Assembly: GCA_041497895.1 (NCBI GenBank)
Contig: JBGQHJ010000037.1
Span: 1-34,232 of the forward strand
DNA length: 34,232 nt
Direction of reading: 5' to 3'
Source: Candidatus Methylomirabilia bacterium
GTDB taxonomy: Bacteria; Methylomirabilota; Methylomirabilia; Rokubacteriales; CSP1-6
In this document: piece after piece, positions 32,779 through 34,232 of the stretch
How positions within the stretch are numbered: the first letter of the stretch is position 1
Layout of the letters: the number at the start of each line of letters is the position of its first letter
Made by a program: the position numbers and the translations under genes
Notes under the pieces: generated by a model
Seen by the model: the letters and a program-made list of their open reading frames with translations, nothing else
The model's database searches: none
What the model was told of the DNA's origin: nothing

Positions 32779-34232
32779 TGTCGCTGGTCAATAAGAATGT
32801 CGTGGGTACTGCCACATAGAAATGTCATACCCAGCGCTCGGTATAGCCGGCCTTGATCGCGAGGCGGGGATCGTAGGCGCGGCGCCAGGGATGCGGCCGG
32901 GACGGCGCGGGGAGCGCAGCGGCCAGGTGGGCGAGGGCGGTGTCGAGCCGGGGCGGCGCGGGCCGGGGCGGCCGGCGCCGCTGGGCGCTCGGGTGACTGC
33001 GCGGCGTGAGGGTGAAGTCCGGGCTGGGCGGGGGGACGCGGGCGATGATCTGGGCGTCGGCGAGCACGACGAGGCGCCCATCGAGCAACTCCCGCACCTC
33101 GACGCGCCGGCCGGCGTAGGAGCGGCCGTGGGGGCCGCGCGGGATCTGAACGAGGCGCGGCCCGAGCCGGAGGGTATTGTCGCGGGCGACCCGGCGCGTA
33201 TAGCGGCAACTGAGCAGCAGGGCGAGATCCCGCGGGGGCCGGCGCCACACCGCGAGCGGCTGGGCGGGCGGCCGCGCGAAGCGCCGGTTGAAGTCGGCGA
33301 GGAACTCCGGCAGGAAGGCATTGGCCGCCGCCCGGGTGCGCACCGAGCGCAGGCGGAGTTCGCTCACGAGCCGATCCTGCAGCGTACCCCAGAGTCGCTC
33401 GACGCGGCCCTTGCCCTGCGGCGAGCGCGCCTGCACGTAGCCGATCCCGAGCTCCTGCAGCACGCGGCCCAGGTGCGTGGGGGCCTGGGTGCCCGCCAGT
33501 TGTTCGGCCAGGGTCCAGTGCCGATCGGTGCGCACCAGGATATTGACGCCGTCCCCATAGAGCGCTACCGGGAGCCCGACGGTGGTGAAGACCTGGTGCA
33601 GCAGGGTGGCGTAGCCATGCAGGTCCTCCGTCGGGCGGAAATGCAGGGCGACGACGGTCGACGTGGCGTCGTCGATGGCGCCGAGCAGCGTCATCGTCGG
33701 GCCGCGCCCCTCGAGCCAGTCGAAGGGACTGCCATCGAGCTGGAGCAACTGACCCGCCGCCGGTTCGCGCGGCCGGCGGGCCCGATGCTGGGCCGGGCGC
33801 CGCCGATGCACGGCGGGCCGGCCGAGCGCGCGCCGCAAGCGCCGGACCGACTCCCGCGAGACCGCTAAGCCATGATGCTCGCACAGCTTCTCCGTGAGGT
33901 GGGTGTCATTGAACCCCGCGTAGCGGTCCTGCAGCAGCGCCTGGATCTGCGCGCAGACGGGCGCGGGAAGCCGCCGGTGGGAGGGGCGCCCCCGCCCCTG
34001 GTGGCGCACCGCCAAAGCGCCCCCCATCCGAAACCGCTGCTTGAGGCGCTGAAACTGCCGGGGCGTCACGCGCAAGGCCGTGGCGCCCTCCCGATTGGTG
34101 ATCCGGCCGGCGACGGCGGCGGCCAGCAGGCCGGGCCGAGGCAACTCCTTTCGGCTCATCGTGAAAGTCTCCATAGGGGGACGACCTTTTCACGGAGCAG
34201 TTACCCCACGACATTTTTATGTAGCAGTAGCA
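32779..34232 (-). mobile_element. Complete insertion sequence, IS1202/ISNCY-type, 1454 bp
   Basis: Ends TG..CA; left end TGTCGCTGGTCAATAAGAATGTCGTGGG aligns with right end (reverse complement) TGCTACTGCTACATAAAAATGTCGTGGG; each end carries two ~20-bp sub-terminal repeats (32784-32803, 32809-32828; 34181-34200, 34208-34227); TSD not checkable because the window ends at the IS tip. Confidence 0.85.
32825..34174 (-). CDS. DDE transposase (ISNCY/IS1202 family, rve-type integrase core)
   Basis: N-terminal HTHs (TPRQFQRLK, VSRESVRR), LQLDGSPFDW, IDDAT, LYGDG, PQGKGRVERLWGTLQDRL, C-terminal HPWR; alternative start ATG 34159 has GGAG SD. Confidence 0.92.
   Translation of the reverse strand: METFTMSRKELPRPGLLAAAVAGRITNREGATALRVTPRQFQRLKQRFRMGGALAVRHQGRGRPSHRRLPAPVCAQIQALLQDRYAGFNDTHLTEKLCEHHGLAVSRESVRRLRRALGRPAVHRRRPAQHRARRPREPAAGQLLQLDGSPFDWLEGRGPTMTLLGAIDDATSTVVALHFRPTEDLHGYATLLHQVFTTVGLPVALYGDGVNILVRTDRHWTLAEQLAGTQAPTHLGRVLQELGIGYVQARSPQGKGRVERLWGTLQDRLVSELRLRSVRTRAAANAFLPEFLADFNRRFARPPAQPLAVWRRPPRDLALLLSCRYTRRVARDNTLRLGPRLVQIPRGPHGRSYAGRRVEVRELLDGRLVVLADAQIIARVPPPSPDFTLTPRSHPSAQRRRPPRPAPPRLDTALAHLAAALPAPSRPHPWRRAYDPRLAIKAGYTERWV

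Noticed and set aside
207..33884. Many long overlapping or antisense ORFs in the track (e.g. 207..1415, 11379..13022, 17922..20090, 20024..21970, 27788..29110)
   Set aside because: Stop-codon scarcity in GC-rich DNA; they overlap well-supported genes and have no family motifs
1..34232. CRISPR arrays, tRNA, rRNA, prophage or integrase genes
   Set aside because: No regularly spaced repeats, cloverleaf/T-loop signatures, rRNA-like tracts or phage genes found by eye; intergenic gaps are short and accounted for

Overview
GC-rich bacterial chromosomal segment. The gene content and style (paired branched-chain-amino-acid-type ABC operons, many amidohydrolases, REP-like GC hairpins) suggest Candidatus Rokubacteria/Methylomirabilota, which is an inference only. 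Left to right: 3' end of an NCS2/AzgA permease, ppiD-like PPIase, cysteine hydrolase, greA; a stand-alone DGQHR (DndB/ParB-like fold) gene whose consensus sigma70 promoter lies next to a tight cluster of five DnaA boxes; TMEM165/GDT1 and a cyclic amidohydrolase; Liv-type ABC operon 1 followed by amidase, dihydropyrimidinase-like enzyme, cysteine hydrolase, MaoC and CitE, then ArnT-like and GT2 glycosyltransferases; a 151-bp element with perfect 35-bp inverted ends; 3-hydroxyacid dehydrogenase and an atypical Rid protein with a basic tail; Liv-type ABC operon 2, split between its two ATPase genes by a GT-C-like membrane protein and a SAM methyltransferase; two small ORFs; an orphan hexaheme (1+5) ActA/QrcA-like cytochrome c; CPBP protease; MmgE/PrpD; an unknown membrane protein with a BamE-like C-terminus; and a complete IS1202/ISNCY-type IS ending exactly at the window edge. 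No rRNA, tRNA or CRISPR array seen. The best candidate for an undescribed system is the DnaA-box cluster plus orphan DGQHR gene.
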